Assembly: GCA_003971905.1 (NCBI GenBank) | Contig: RSEE01000004.1 | Coordinates: forward strand, 868,001-932,000 | Length of the DNA: 64,000 nucleotides | Direction: 5' to 3' | Source: Moniliella sp. 'wahieum' | Taxonomy: Eukaryota | Part shown: positions 48,936-62,373 of the stretch, piece after piece | How positions within the stretch are numbered: position 1 is the stretch's first letter | How the letters are laid out: every line of letters begins with the position of its first letter | Program-made: the position numbers and the translations under genes | The notes under the pieces: generated by a model | Seen by the model: the letters and a program-made list of their open reading frames with translations, nothing else | Told to the model about the DNA's origin: nothing | The model's database searches: none

Positions 48936-51764
48936 TCCCCACATATGGGAGGTGATGGGCTGTACTATTGCAGAACGTTCAACGTATATTCAAGGGAAGA
49001 TGGGAAGCTCAGACGGTGAAAGAGGCAATCCCAGATACCAGCATCATGAGAGGAACACGAGACTAACGCGCCAAGGCCGCAACAACACAGCCAGTAGTGG
49101 ATTCGTAGTCACTGCACTCCCTCCTATTCATTCGTTGATCAACTCCGAGTCTGGAAGGGGACAAGGGGCCCGAGCCAGGCATGACTACCAAGGTGGAAGC
49201 AGAGTCTGATGCGGCCTTGGATGCCGGAATAGGCACAGTGGCAGGGTGAAGCGTATGGCTAGGGCGGCTGGAAGCGTGAATGAGAAAGTAACAAAAGGCT
49301 TGGAAAGGAACAGGAGCACCAGAGACGCCAGAAAACTGTAGCAGGTGGTGAAGCACGAAGCATTGCGCCCGTTGCACCCAAACCATTCAAACCGGAGCGA
49401 CAGGGCCCACACATGAAGAGCATCACATGGAGCTCGAACCAGTCCGCACGATGTAGTCGCACTCCTCGCCAGCGATGCACGGGTTATGGCCAAATCAACG
49501 TAGGGAAAAGTGTGCGCCTTCCGTTGCGGGAAGACGACAAGCGCAGGAGGGACATACGTTCGGTGGTTGGACATGCACAGAAACAGCGTGCGCGCCATGC
49601 ATTCGTACTATCAATTCGATGTGTTCTCAATGAGCAGACTCATGTCGGGTCACAAGTAGAGAGTGGCATCGCAGAAAACGGTGCTACAGCCCCATTGATC
49701 TGCACCTCATTTGCGCCGCTTCTCTCTGTTCAGATCCCCTTCACTTTCTCCGGCTTAAGCCTACCGGCTTACCCCTCCCCCATCCGACGCCACCACCTGG
49801 CACTCGCCACACCGAAGAGTAAACAACTCATTTGGGACGAGAAGGCTGAGCTGGCCGCAGCGCATTTCCACATAGCATGTGATGGGCATCGTCATTACTA
49901 GCTGCCCTCCCTCCTTTTGGTCCCAAGCAATAGGCGCACGTCGTTGGATCGCCAGGACAGACAGTGAGAAAACCTCGCGTTTTGCTACTGATCTTCTCAT
50001 CAGTCTTCTTCAGCCCGCCCTGTTAAGATGCAAGATGAGTCTCATTCCTGTCCCCCTTTTATGCGAGGCCACACGCAAGTTGCCGCCTCGGTCGCGGGCC
50101 GACTGATGGCATCGGGGGAAGATGTGCGTGATGTGAGGTCCAAGAGTCCCGTTTCCATTCTCATTCCCTCTCTTCCTTTCTCGCCTTCCACACACAGCTG
50201 AAACCTTGGACCGCGGGCCGTTTGCAGGATGCCCTACGACGGATAGGGGGGGGGAATTGGACTCGGGCCTCGGGTCAAAGGGTGGCTAGTATGCTTCTCT
50301 GATGGAAGGGTTTGGGAAACGCTTAGTACGCGGGACAGAATTTCAAACGCGGATGTGCGGCGCGTGAAGAAGATTGACGAGAACGAACAACCAAAGAGAA
50401 GTGAGAGTGGGAGCGCGAGAAGAAATGGCTGCCAGATTGCGACGTCAGACCTTGGGGGTGTCAGGATCTCAGGCTATCGTGGTGCGGGTGATGTGGGCGA
50501 GGACAGGCGTCGCTCAAGACAGCCGCGCTGGGCGGGGCAGATGGTGTGCATGTGACACCTTGGGCTGGAAGGATGCCATGTCCAGCTGTTGCATGGTGTC
50601 GAGCCGAGGCATTGTGCAATGGCATGCGACATGTGAATGTGAGCCTGATTATTGCCTCATCGAGGCCGAGTGGGCCGCCTGGCGGCTGAGCCGCAGCGCT
50701 CCGCCTGAGCGCTTATCCGGGCCTCTCGATCGCTTCGATCCTCAGCGATGCATGATCCGTGCCGGAGAGGGGAATGAACAGTTGAAACAGCAGGCGGGGG
50801 GGGCCTCGGGCGCTGGATTCGCGATTACGTACGGGTGGTGATAGGGCGTGGGTACCTGCATGCCGCCCCGGCCGGCCCGCACGTGCGTCTGGTCGGGGCA
50901 CTGGCCCGCAGGGGGCGGCGGGTGCGGTGGGCGGCGGTGGGTGCCTGGGGTGGTGCCTGGCGCGGGCATTGTGTCTGCAGGCGGGGGTGGGTTTGGCGTT
51001 TCGTTTGTTGTGCAGAGCAGTGCCTGCGCGTGCGTTCGTGCAGCGCTGGCCCCGGGGTCACATACCGGCCGCTTCGTGGGCGGGCGCCGAGCGCTGAGCA
51101 GCTGCGCTGACTTGCCTGTGCGGCAGGCGGGACGCCCTGGTGGGGTGCTCCACACTGCCGCCCCATGCGTGCTTGAGCCCGCGGGGTGCAGCTGGCGGCG
51201 CTGTGCGCACTGCTCGCTCCCCCGATTGCAAACCACAGTGTGCTGCCCTGTGCTGCCCGGCGCCGCCCCTCGGCTGCCTGGCCCTGCCCGGCACGGAAGG
51301 AGCGCTCTTGTGCCAGGGTGCCCGCACGGGGGCTGTGCAGCCGCCGTCGTTGGGGGGCAGCCGACTGCCCAGGGCTGGTTGAGTCTCGAGTAGCGACTTG
51401 CCCCACCGGGCCTCCGGGAAGGAAGCAGACAAGGCATCGCCCGCTGCCGTTTCCTTTTTTTTCTCCCCCCTCGCCACCACCTGTCGCCCACCCATCCCCC
51501 CCACCTTTCTTCTTCTTGTCTTCACCTCGTCGGATCCTTGATCAGTGTAGCTGGACTACACCTCGCCCGCACGTCTTTTCATCTCGTATGTTGTGTCCTC
51601 TCGGCGCTCAGCCGGCTCAGTGCTCCCAAGTGTTTGAGACGCCCTCCCCCTCAGTCTTCGTATCCGCCCGCCCCCGTTGTCTCCTTTCCCCTTCGTCCAG
51701 CCGTCATTTCCCCATCATCTTTTACTGTGCTCACCTCCCTCTTCGCCACTCACGTCCATCCGTC

Positions 51765-52740
51765 ATGTCCCTCATCACGTCCCCCTCGCGGCGCCGGCCG
51801 CGAGCCGCTCCGCGTCGCCTGCTTCCAGCATCTCCCCCACATCCCCGACCGCCATCAAGCGCGAGCTCGATAACGACGTTACTTCCCAGGCCAACCTGAC
51901 GCCGTCCAACAAGCGGACGAAGCCGATGAGCGCCGAGCGCATTGCCCGTCTCGAAGCGCGGCAGGCGCGCAACCGTGCTTCGGCCCAGGCCAGCCGGGAC
52001 AAGAAGAAGGCCTTTTTCAACCGGATTGAGGTTGAACATCGCATGCTTTCGCAAGAGAACAATTGGCTGAAACAGCAGAACCAGCACACTCTACTCGGCC
52101 GTGATGGACTTTGAGAAGCGCCTCCAGATGGCCGAGGGGGTGATTGATGTGCTGACGAACCAGACCAACAAGACGCAAGGCATGACCTTGGCTCAGGCTC
52201 AGGATCTCGCCCGGTCGCATTTGCCTCCAGCCAGCCCGGAGGCCAATTCTCCCCCCGCGTCGAGCCTGGCCCACGCACCCGCTTCGTCCCGTGCCTTCCT
52301 CCGTCACTGGGGTCGTTGCCGGCTCAGGGTCCACTTTCGGGTGCTGGCCCTCTGCTCACTCCGCCCTCGATCCCGGGAGTGAACCAGTACTCGGCGTTGG
52401 CTACTGGCTTCCCCTTCCCATCCGCTGTGCCCACCAGTGTAGCTCCGAAGGAACTTTCCACCCTCTCGCCTTCCAACCTGTCGCCCACTCAGTCCATGTC
52501 CGCCGCGCCCGCTCAACTCGTCACCGGCTCCATCTCTTCCTCCTCCATCTCTTCCTTGGGCGAGCAGACGGTCGTGGGCGATTGGGACTTCCCTCGTCGG
52601 AAAAGAAAGAAGGTGCCGAGAATCTGCTGGAGCAAGACACGGCGTCCCCTGCGTCGCTCGGCACGGGGTTTACCGTGTCGATGCGCAAGTTTCCCTTTGA
52701 GCCCGCCTTTGGTGCGCCTCTTGCGGCAGCCCTAGAGTAA
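51765..52740 (+). CDS. bZIP transcription factor (basic region reminiscent of Hac1/Cib1-type)
   Basis: RLEARQARNRASAQASRDKKK basic region followed by heptads I-L-L; S/P-rich tail; frameshifted; 3' end approximate. Confidence 0.8.
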
Positions 52741-54693
52741 TGGGTGTGTTACTTTTGTGGCACTCTTTCCCCCCACTTCCTGTGCGCCGGCCGCATGCCA
52801 CCCTCCCCCCCCACCCCTGCTTGCCCCTGCGCACCCTCTATTTTTCCCTCTCTCCCTTTGGCTCCGCTGGCCGGATTAATGCGTTTGCCGTCATGTGGTT
52901 GTGTTCCTGCTGATTTGTTGCCTGGTTTTGGCCCTAATGCGTGGAGGATGTGTTGCCCAACCCTTGAGCTGTGATCGAGATGAACGATGTTTTGTTGTAT
53001 ATACATGTTCATTTGGGCTATTATGAGTGAGGACGAGATCTACAGAGAGAGAGAAGATGATGGGTCGATTCCAAGAGAGGAGCCCGCGCGAGGCAGAACA
53101 TAGAGAGTCGGACAGAACAGCACCAGGTGTGATGGAAGGTTGAAGGTTGAACGCACGTGGGAGGCAATGACCTGATGGAGAAATGGAGCAGTTCCGTACC
53201 CCAAATAGAGCGAATCGGAGCTGCTACACTGAGCCTGGGGGCACTGGGCTGGGCCGTGGAGATTGAACCTACAAACATGGTCCGAACGGGGACGGGCCTC
53301 TTGCATCCATGCGATTGATGCTCTATGTGCCACGGGGACACCGAACGCAAGCCAAGACCCACATGCGAACGGACTCATAGCGAGCCCGCAAGAGGGGGAG
53401 AGTGATACCTTTTAAGCCCTGTTTTGCTCATGTGCTTATGGTTGAAAGAAGGGCTGGAGGGGGGACTGTACTATTCGTCCGTACTCGACTCCGTATTATA
53501 GAGAGAGGTAAACAACCCACTCTGCCTCTCCTGCTTCGGATGCCCACTTGCGCCACGAAACGCGCCTGCAGGTCCTTATGCGTAGACCGTCCGAATCCCG
53601 TTCTGGGATGTGAGGCGAATGACGTGAATGACGGACCGGCAAGCGAGGTGGATTTCTGCGATTTAGATGAGGACGAGAGACGAGAACCAAACGGCGCCAC
53701 TCACTCCCACGTGCGGACTTGGACGCACCAGCGGAATGCAGTGGGAAAGGACTGCCCAGGGCGTCTTTGGCCGTATGACAGCGACGATAGATGACCAACC
53801 TATGACACGTGAGATGTGAGATGTGAGATGCCAATGATTAGTGAGCTCGATGAGCGTTCGCTCAGCCACGCATCTCCGGCCACTGTGCAGGGACATGTTG
53901 AAAGCGGTTGTGGGTTGCTCCTATTGTGTTGTCACTAGTCACTACCATGGTCAACTGCCCTTACGAGCAGGCGCACAGATGGCCAGGTAGGGAGAGGGTG
54001 TGGGGGGGACATTGCATGCAGTGATGGCAGCAAGCGTGGCATCCGTTTCTTTCTGGCCGCCGAGCCGGTGTGGATGCGGGTGGGGTGGCGACGTTGGCGA
54101 CGCTGGAGATGGACATGTGGACAGGGCGGAGGGCTGCTGCTCCCGGGAGCGAACAGTGGGGAGGCCGGGGTAGGGTTAGCGGATCGCCCATGGGATCTGG
54201 ACATTACCATGACATGCATGACATGCATGCCGCACTGGATGCTGGCGGGAGGTGCGACGTGGAAGGCTGCGCTGGACGTGGCACGAGGCCAGGCAGGCCA
54301 GGCGCTGCGCTGTGGATTGCAGAGCGCGGCGCCGGCCGGCGCCAGAGCGCGTGACACGGCTGCCGTGCGTGGCCGTGCGGGGCGACGGCTGGTGCCGACG
54401 GCCGGCGCAGCGGTGCAGCACACGTGATGGCTGGCAGGGCGGGCGTGTCACATGCACGTCACAGCGCACGGCGCCAGTTGCGCGCCGCCGCATCGGCTGC
54501 TGGTGGGACGGGGTGCGGGATGCTCCGATCAGCGGTCGGCCCCACTGGCTGGGCTGTCTGCTGTCTGCTGTCTGCTGCGCGCCTGCTCGCCTGCTCGCCT
54601 GCTCTGGCCTGGCCGGTGGGCTCGCGGTGCTGCTGGCCTTCGCCCCGCTGCGGTCCAGCGTCCCCACCATCCGCCTGCTCCTTCTCGCCTCAC

Positions 54694-57600
54694 ATGCCCA
54701 CAGGCACTGCGGCCGAGCGGCGGATCCGTCTGCCTGCTGCGCCCTCCTCTGCGTCTGCCTCTGCTTCCGCCTCTGCCGCTGCCTCTGCCTCTGCCGCTGC
54801 CTCCTCCTCGCCCGCCTCCTCAGCCCTGGGCGGCTCCCTGGTTGCCCACCTGCGCCGCTCCACCCGCCTCCACCCCAAACCCTCCGCCACCCTGTCTGCC
54901 TCAGCCGCTGCGACTGCCTCGGGGCCTGCAGCCGCCTCTGCACGCACTGCCCCCGCGGCCCCCGCCTCGCTCGCCCCGCCCTCGGCCCAGTTCGACTCCC
55001 TCTACACCCCGTCCCCCTCCATCTCCCACTGGCAGCTGCCTCCCCTCAGCCCCGACGCCACCCCCCTCTCTTGTCCCACCCCGACCCCGGCGCCACCACC
55101 CTCACGCCGCCCCTCTTTCCCGACCACGCGTCTCTCAACAGCAGCCACAGCCGCAGCCCTACCCCCAGCCCCCGCCTGCGCAGCAGCAGCCTCGGCACCC
55201 TCCTCACCGCCACTTCCTCCGCTACCAACCTCGTCGGTGGCCCCGCCGCCTCCTCGCCTGCCTCCCCCAACCTCGCTGGATCTGTCTCCGCGGACGGCGC
55301 CCTCGCCGACCGATCTGCTCCCCCTCTGACCGCCCATCACCACCAAAAGTCCCGCTCCACCTCCACCGGCCCAGCCGGGGACGTGCGCTTCCCCATCTCC
55401 CTCTTGCGTTCTCCGCTGTCCCCCCATTGGACGACAGGATGCCGGGTTCGCTCATGCATGCGCCCGCGACAGCGCCTTCTTCTCCCTCCGTTGCTCCTGC
55501 CCCGTCTTCGTCCCCAGCCGCGCCTCTTGCCGTTCCGCCCTCCACCTCGTCCGACTCGATCGTCATCATCTCCTCGGCTACCCCCACTCCGGCTACCTCC
55601 CAAACTCCAAGCGTTGTTCTCTCCGATGAACCGCCCTCGGGATCGGCACCCCTGCCCGCACCGGCACGACGCACTGCAGGCGGGAGCGTTCCGCCTTCCT
55701 CCTATTCACCCGCGCTTGCCACTCCTCGTGCAGGCTCGGTTTCCTCGGGAACACCCAGCTTCTACTCTGTCCCACCAGCAAGCGCTGTATCTCACACCAC
55801 TCTTCTGACCTCTCTGAACCAACCGGGTCGATTGTGGCGCAGGCGCCACTGGCCGTATCTGGCATGGTGCCCCAGCCCAACTCGGACCCGGGTGAGACGG
55901 CTGGCTCAGGTGCCCCGCCTCCCGGCAGCCCCGTTTTTTGCCTCTTACCCATAGCAGCCCGCGCCCACTCCACCATGCGCATTCAGCCTCAACTGTCTTG
56001 GCGCTTTCGCAAGACGATACAATTCTGACCGACGACACGGTCCCCATCACCGGCTCCTCCACATCAGCTTTTGCTGGTCCGCACAGCGCTGCGCACATGC
56101 GCACCTCCTCCAATGCCACCTCCATCACTTCGTCTAGCACATCCAAGGGCGCTTCGCTTGTCGGCGCGCTGGTGCGTCGGTTTAGTGTCGACTCGACCAC
56201 CCTCTCTGCCCGCCTACGATCCGTTTCCGCTTCCGACGATCGGGCGGAACGTTTGGACCGATTGGAGCGCCCCATTACTGCTGCTTCGGTGCGCCAACCT
56301 TATCCCAGCCCCAGCTCGGGCCCCAATTTGACCCTGGAAGAATCCAGGGCGGTCCCGCATCTGTCCGAACCAGCCGACTTGTCAAGGCAATCCTTGGACG
56401 CATGGACCGCGCTTCCATCCCCATGGCCGCGTAAGCGCAGAGACGTTTCAGCAATTGTGCGAGCTTGAGGTGCGTATTGTTTTTCCGTCTGATGTGATGG
56501 CGAACCTAACCCATTCTTTTGCCTGCGTTTCTTTTCTAGTTTGGCATTGCGCTGTTGGTGGACCGGGCAAAGGATAGTGTGGCTGCGGCACAGGAGATGG
56601 CCACCTTTCTTAGGCGGCGTGCTCAGTTGGAAGACGAATTTTCGCGTGGCCTTGCGCGGGCAGCCAAGGCATCCGGCGAGACACTCTCCGCGCTGCTTGG
56701 GACGCGCAGCAGGCGAAAAGAGGAGCCTTCGTTGTTGGGGGTGTTTGCGGCGCACGACCGCGTTGCCTCTGCGCGCGCCCACACGGCACGGCAGGTCCTT
56801 TCCTTCGCTGAGCGCCTGGCCAACGTTGCCCGCGACGGCGATCGGAAGGCCAAATTGCTACGCGAGACGAATTGCAAACACGAACGACATCTTGCCGATG
56901 CCGAGACGGCAGCGGAGAAGGCGCGTGCGCGCTTGGATCAGCTGGCCGAGGAGTACGAGCGGCTGAGGTTGCTGCTCGGTCCCGAGGGGCGTTCGTCGCC
57001 TTTCGAGGGAGAAGACGGATCCTTGCCCCGTACGATACAACTTCTGCAGCTTCGGGCGCAGGCAAGTCAGCGACTCGCGGGACAGCGAGTCGGCCTCCGA
57101 AAAAGCTGGCTACGCGCAACCTGTTTGGGTCCAAATCCCGTTCCCTCGCCCAGCTGGCCAAGCAGCACGACGAGCTGCGGGGCAAATTGCGCAGTGCGAG
57201 TGAGGTAGCGGAGCGCGAGGCGCGCACCGAACGTGACCTGAAGCAGACGTACTTTGACGTGCACCTTCCCCAGCTCGTCATGGCGCTGTTGGATGCGACG
57301 GATCAAGTGGATCACGGGGTCCGCGAGGCTCTCGCGTCCTATGCGCAGTGTCTGGCACAGCAAGCCCAGAACGAGACCCATCAAGCCGACGGCAGCCAAC
57401 CGTTCGCCTTGCCTGCCCTGCTCCAGAAGTGGGAAGAGACCATGGACGTACAGGCTTACTTGGCGCATTGGCAGCCGCCTCCTACACCAGGGAGGAAAGA
57501 GCCACGTCGAAAGATGAAATTGTCCACTGTGTCCCATGCCCCTCTCGGCGCCGGCAGGGCCAGGAGGGGAGGATGAGCCGACGATGCGAACCCGTCTGTT

Positions 57601-58320
57601 TGGGCGCCACGCTGCCACACCAGCCTCGGCGCCAGCAGGACCTGTCAATGGGGCTGCCGGGCCAGAGCAGGCCGTGTTTGGGGTGGATCTGACCCAACTC
57701 ATGCTGCGGGACGGGGTGGACGTATCCCCTGTTCTGGCGCTTTGCATCACGGTGATCGAGAAACGCGGCTTGTCGGTGCAAGGCTTGTACCGGCAAAGCG
57801 GGGCGGGATCCCGTGTGACTTCGATCAAAAAGGCATTCGATACGGACCTTGCGCTCGCCTCCCGTCTGCTCGCCGTGGAAGCCGAGACGGACGTGCACAC
57901 CATCACATCGGTACTCAAGTTGTGGCTACGGGAACTGCCAGAGCCCCTGATTCCTCACCACCTGTATCAAGGGTTTATCGATGCTGCGCGCATCCCCAAC
58001 CCACGTCTGCGCTACATCCGCATCCACGAGCGCGTCAACGAACTTCCCGATGCGCACTACGCCACGCTTAAAGTTCTTATGGCCCACCTCGCCCTTGTTG
58101 CCCAACACGCCGAAACCAATCAGATGACCCATCCAACTTGGCAATCGTCTGGGGCCCCACCCTGTGCCGTCCCTGGGTCGAAGGCGATAGCCCCGAAGCC
58201 CTTGCGGCTCACCACCTCGACCGTCTCTCGGAGACGCCCCTGCAAAACCGGGCGGTGGAGACCATTGTTGAATTTTTCAAGGACATCTTTGTTCACGACG
58301 AAGACGAAGAGACGGCCTAG
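54694..58320 (+). CDS. RGD1: F-BAR + RhoGAP protein (Rgd1/Rga7-like) with long S/P/A-rich N-terminus
   Basis: F-BAR LVDRAKDSVAAAQEMATFLRRRAQLEDEFSRGL, YFDVHLPQ; RhoGAP VFGVDL, GLYRQSG, SVLKLWLRELPEPL, VNELPDAHYATL, NLAIVWGPTL; intron 56470..56539; start uncertain. Confidence 0.88.
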
Positions 58321-59339
58321 CTATGCGATGAAACCAAGACCGGAACGAATGCTGGAAGCAGTTAGCAGTTCGTTCCCTATTGTGATTTCTCTTTTTTCAT
58401 TGCGTGTGTCGTCTCGGAAGCTGTCGCGTACTGCGCTGCCCTCGTTCTTTGACTTGCTCCATCGTCCACTTTTTTGTCTGTGTTACTTATTCCCCCTTTT
58501 GGTGGCCGCGCTGGCCTTTGGACTGGCTCGCCCAGCCTGCTTCTTGACCCATACGGGTTCCCTGGATCACACTTTTTACTTACTCGGATCGGGTTTGGTG
58601 ATAAAAAAAAGACTCAAAAGCCTCCATGGAACATATGCCCCCTCCCCCCCGGCCCCTTGGCACCTACCCCTCCATGCCTACTTAGAAAGACCCACTGTGC
58701 TATGGACTGCTACCTCTCCTAATCCCCTCCACTTTCGCCATTCATTTCCGTCACCTCTCTCTGTACTCTTATCTCAGTCTGTGCCCAGGTAGCTCAGTGC
58801 TAGTGATGCACGATGCAGTCTTGTTTTGTGCCACAGTGCTGCAACCAGGCAGACATGCGGGCATATCTGAGTTCCCGACAAGGGTAGGCACTATCGTCGC
58901 GGGACATGAAAACCCCGCTCCGCTATACAGCGTCCGACCAGGCCAGTCCCCTGCTCAGCACACTAAGCTCATCCCATTCTCAGCGTGTCCAAGCTGGATG
59001 GACAGTATTCCACGGGGCACCAGTAGCCCGGGGACACGAATGCAAAGGGCTTCTGTCAATTCGTGGGCTTTGGTATGCTGCCTTCCGCCGCGCTGTCACA
59101 GGGCATAGTCTCTTGGCTCTTGCCCCCCCCCCTCCTCAAAACCAACCAGACCGACCCAAACAGTAGACCAGCCCAAGTGGGGAAGAATGAGGTGACCGGG
59201 ACCCATCGCACATGAAGCATGCAGGCCACGGAAGCAGAAAAAGACGAGGGGGGGAGGCAGACAGCGCGCGCGTCTCCCAGGGAGTTGGGTCCAGTCTGCC
59301 CAAGAAGATAGCCCTGGCGTGCACTGCGTGTACGTGCGA

Positions 59340-61377
59340 TTAAGTCAGTGCTTTATCATCGAATCATCGATCATCGATTAGGGGCAAGGCACGGACTGGC
59401 AAAGCTAGGCAGAGCCAAAAAGTTCCCCTGCACGGAATCGACGCGTGACGCGCGTGGTTCGCTGACGCGCTGACGCTCGTTGGCAGTAGCTTAGTAGTTA
59501 GGAAGAAGGGTTTCCGCTCGCTGGCTGCGCCCTGCTCACCCCCTGTTTGCCCCATCTGGTCTTTCGTGTTTGGGTCTCGTGTCTCTTGTCTCTTTCCCTT
59601 CGTCTGTCTATGGTCCAGCAAGTTGCCTACCTACCAGGCGAGCTCTTCTGATGGATTTGCTGTCGGTCAGCACGTTCCTTCCACCGTCAGTGCGTCAGCG
59701 CTCAGCCCGATCATAGTCACGCGTCACGTGCATGTCACACGTCACAGGCACTGATCACCGGTCGGTACGCTCAGCCAGCGCTGCCCCCACGCCAGTAACG
59801 CGTGACGTGTGACGCTTTCGAAGGAGCGCTAAGCGCTCACTGCATGCGCTCCCATGTAACAAAGCGCAACAACAGGCATCAATATAACTGCCAGACCCGG
59901 TGGCTTGAGTGGGGCAATGAGGCTTGCCGCGGCTTCGCGCGGGGGCGAAAGACTTGTATCTGGCAATCAGTGATCAGTAAGGCCTAAGGCCCATCGCAGA
60001 CGTGATGAATGATTAATGAATCCCTCTCCGATCTCCAGCTAGCTTGAAGAGCTTGAAGTGCTTGCTTGGGGCCTTTCAAGCTTGAAGCCAAGTTTGAGCT
60101 TTTGCTCCTCCTTGCTTCTGCGGGTCGGTACAGATCGGCACCCTGCAAAGGGTCTATGGGCGGAGCGCCACGGTCGGGGTACCCTGCGCTTCGGGAGCCA
60201 GTATAACATGCATCACTCAGTACTTCGATCATCGACAATCAGTACGAAGTTGACAACAAACGCTCTGGAGAAGGTATTGCCAGGTTATGGTATGCCCGAC
60301 GCAGAGGGGAACAGCGTTTCGCCGGCCAGGACGTTAAAACGTTGAGTTCAACTCAACGTTGAACGTTGAACACGTTGAACGTCGACCTCAAAGGCCGGTC
60401 AGTTGACCGGGGCGTCCGGCCCCTCTCTCAGATCTCAGGCGGGTCTCAGACCTCAGGCAGCATACGATCAGAGACAAATGCCTAGTATGGATTTCCAACG
60501 ATTGCATTTTCTCTGAGATCTGACGTCCTATGGGATGCTAACGATTAAATTTCCTCTTCTGATGCCATATGCGACAGCAGGCGACAACATGCGACCACGC
60601 CCGTATAAAGTGTGTCGGGCGGGAGATTTTTTCCGATAAAATCGAAAGTGAATTCCCCTTCTGCGCGTTCAACGTGTTCAACGGTTCATGCATCATGGCA
60701 TCATGACACCAAGGCATTACCTGCATGATTATCGATTATCGATTATCGATTATGAACAATCAAGGTATGAATGACATGAAGCTGGCCAACGCGCCAACGC
60801 AGCGCCCCACCAGCTGTCTATGTTGTCCTGTCCTGTCGAGAGAAAGAGCAATTGGTATCATGCATGCATCACGGGCAGATCCAGGCCCCACAGGGCCTCA
60901 GGCCTCAGGGCAGCCTTCTTCAGAGAGAAAGGCTGTTTATGGCCTACTGACTGCACTAGCTCTGTACTCGGACTGACTATATACTGAGCGCGTACATTCA
61001 GGGCTCAGGCTGAGCCTTAGCAGCGCTGAGCGCTCCGCTGAGCCTAAGCCACTCGTGCCTCAGCCACTTGTGCCTCAGCCAGAGCGCCCGAGCAGCGCTG
61101 AGCCGCAACAATAATTCACTGGGCGGGCCCAGCGCCAGCGCCGCCAACGCCAATCGCCCATCGCCCATCGCCCATCGGCCGACCAGTCAAATCCTAATAG
61201 TCAGAGTATGATCAGTACATCAGTGCATCACGCATCAGGTGATACCTGGTGAAACATGGCGGCGGTGGGGCCGGTGGCGCTTCCAGCTTCCAGCTTCCAG
61301 ACAGGCCCATGGAGTTGGGTTAGGGGTTCTCCGGTTCTGAAGCAGCTGAAGGTTGACTTCAAGCTTCAAGCTTCAAG
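59340..61377. repeat. Long intergenic region rich in heptamer palindrome arrays
   Basis: taaggcctaaggcc (~59978), tgattaatga, caacgttgaacgttgaac (~60354), gattatcgattatcgattatcgatta (60727..60754), ggcctcaggcctcag (~60894), CTNAG cluster (~60985-61105), cttcaagcttcaagcttcaag (61357..61377). Confidence 0.8.
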
Positions 61378-62373
61378 TCTGCCGAAGCGCTGAAGACCTA
61401 CAGCCTAAAAAGGGACGATAGAATACGGCCGCGACAACTGGGTTTCCAGTAGTTGCACAATTCCACAAACGCAATAGGCAAACCCAACCATCGCACTATA
61501 TCGACAAACCGTCATCAACAAATCTATCGTTTTCCCCCCAGTTGCCTCGCTTGCCTGGATTGGCTGCTACAGCAAAAGGATCATGGTTGTTAGGCATAAC
61601 CTCTAGGATACAACCATGTAACAGCCTATCGCGTAATAATGGGCAACAAGGGTGACCGGTACCATGTAATAGCATGTCACCGATCATCTACATGAAACGC
61701 GAAATCCTCCTCTTTCCCAATACGCAATGCTCAAAGCACTGTACCGCCCTTTATCTCTGTGAGAGTCTGCGCCGCACGGGTGAACGAGAGCGCTGCCCCC
61801 AATCTGTAGGCGAAGACCTGCTGTCCAGATACACCCGTTGGACCCGTCTGCAAGCCACACGAAACCCTGTGTACTCCTCACTTCAATCTCGCCCTACGTA
61901 ACCACCAAGGATGGTCGAGATAGTTGAACGTTGATGGCTACGGGTGTGATCGATGATATCAGCGGCAGCTGCCTCAGCGTCTCAGCGCCACCCGACCCCA
62001 ATGTCATCTTCAGTGACTGCGTACTCACTACACCCATGTCAGAGTACCGATCGTGCTGATCTGTGTGAGTTGAGATGAGATCTCTGAGAGGCGATGGAAG
62101 CAGTGGTCCAGCTTCAAGCACAAACGCGCGTGCTCCTCTCGCTACCGTCGCCTCGAGTCTGGTACTGGCTGCGCTCCCCAAAATCCCAGTTCTAGTCCCA
62201 GTTCTTCTCCCAGTTCCAACTGGCATCGTCCCACCACTTCCAATCTTCTTCAAGCTTCACCCTCACCACCAGTGTCTTCTCATTCGCTTTCTTTTTCTCG
62301 CAATCGCCTAGTCGCAGCCTTCTCCTGTGAAGACTGCCATATCCTTTTGTTCGCCATCCCATCCTACTGAAGA

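Noticed and set aside
49063..49598. Possible membrane-protein gene on the minus strand
   Set aside because: Hydrophobic fragments only, with no family motif or convincing splice structure.
52300..52800. Ire1-type unconventional intron making the bZIP gene HAC1/CIB1
   Set aside because: CNGCNG-like words (e.g. CGGCAG ~52724) lack a convincing pair of stem-loops, so no symbol was assigned.
61496..61687. DRLLH motif resembling IstB ATPase
   Set aside because: 63-aa ORF with no Walker motifs or IS context; chance match.
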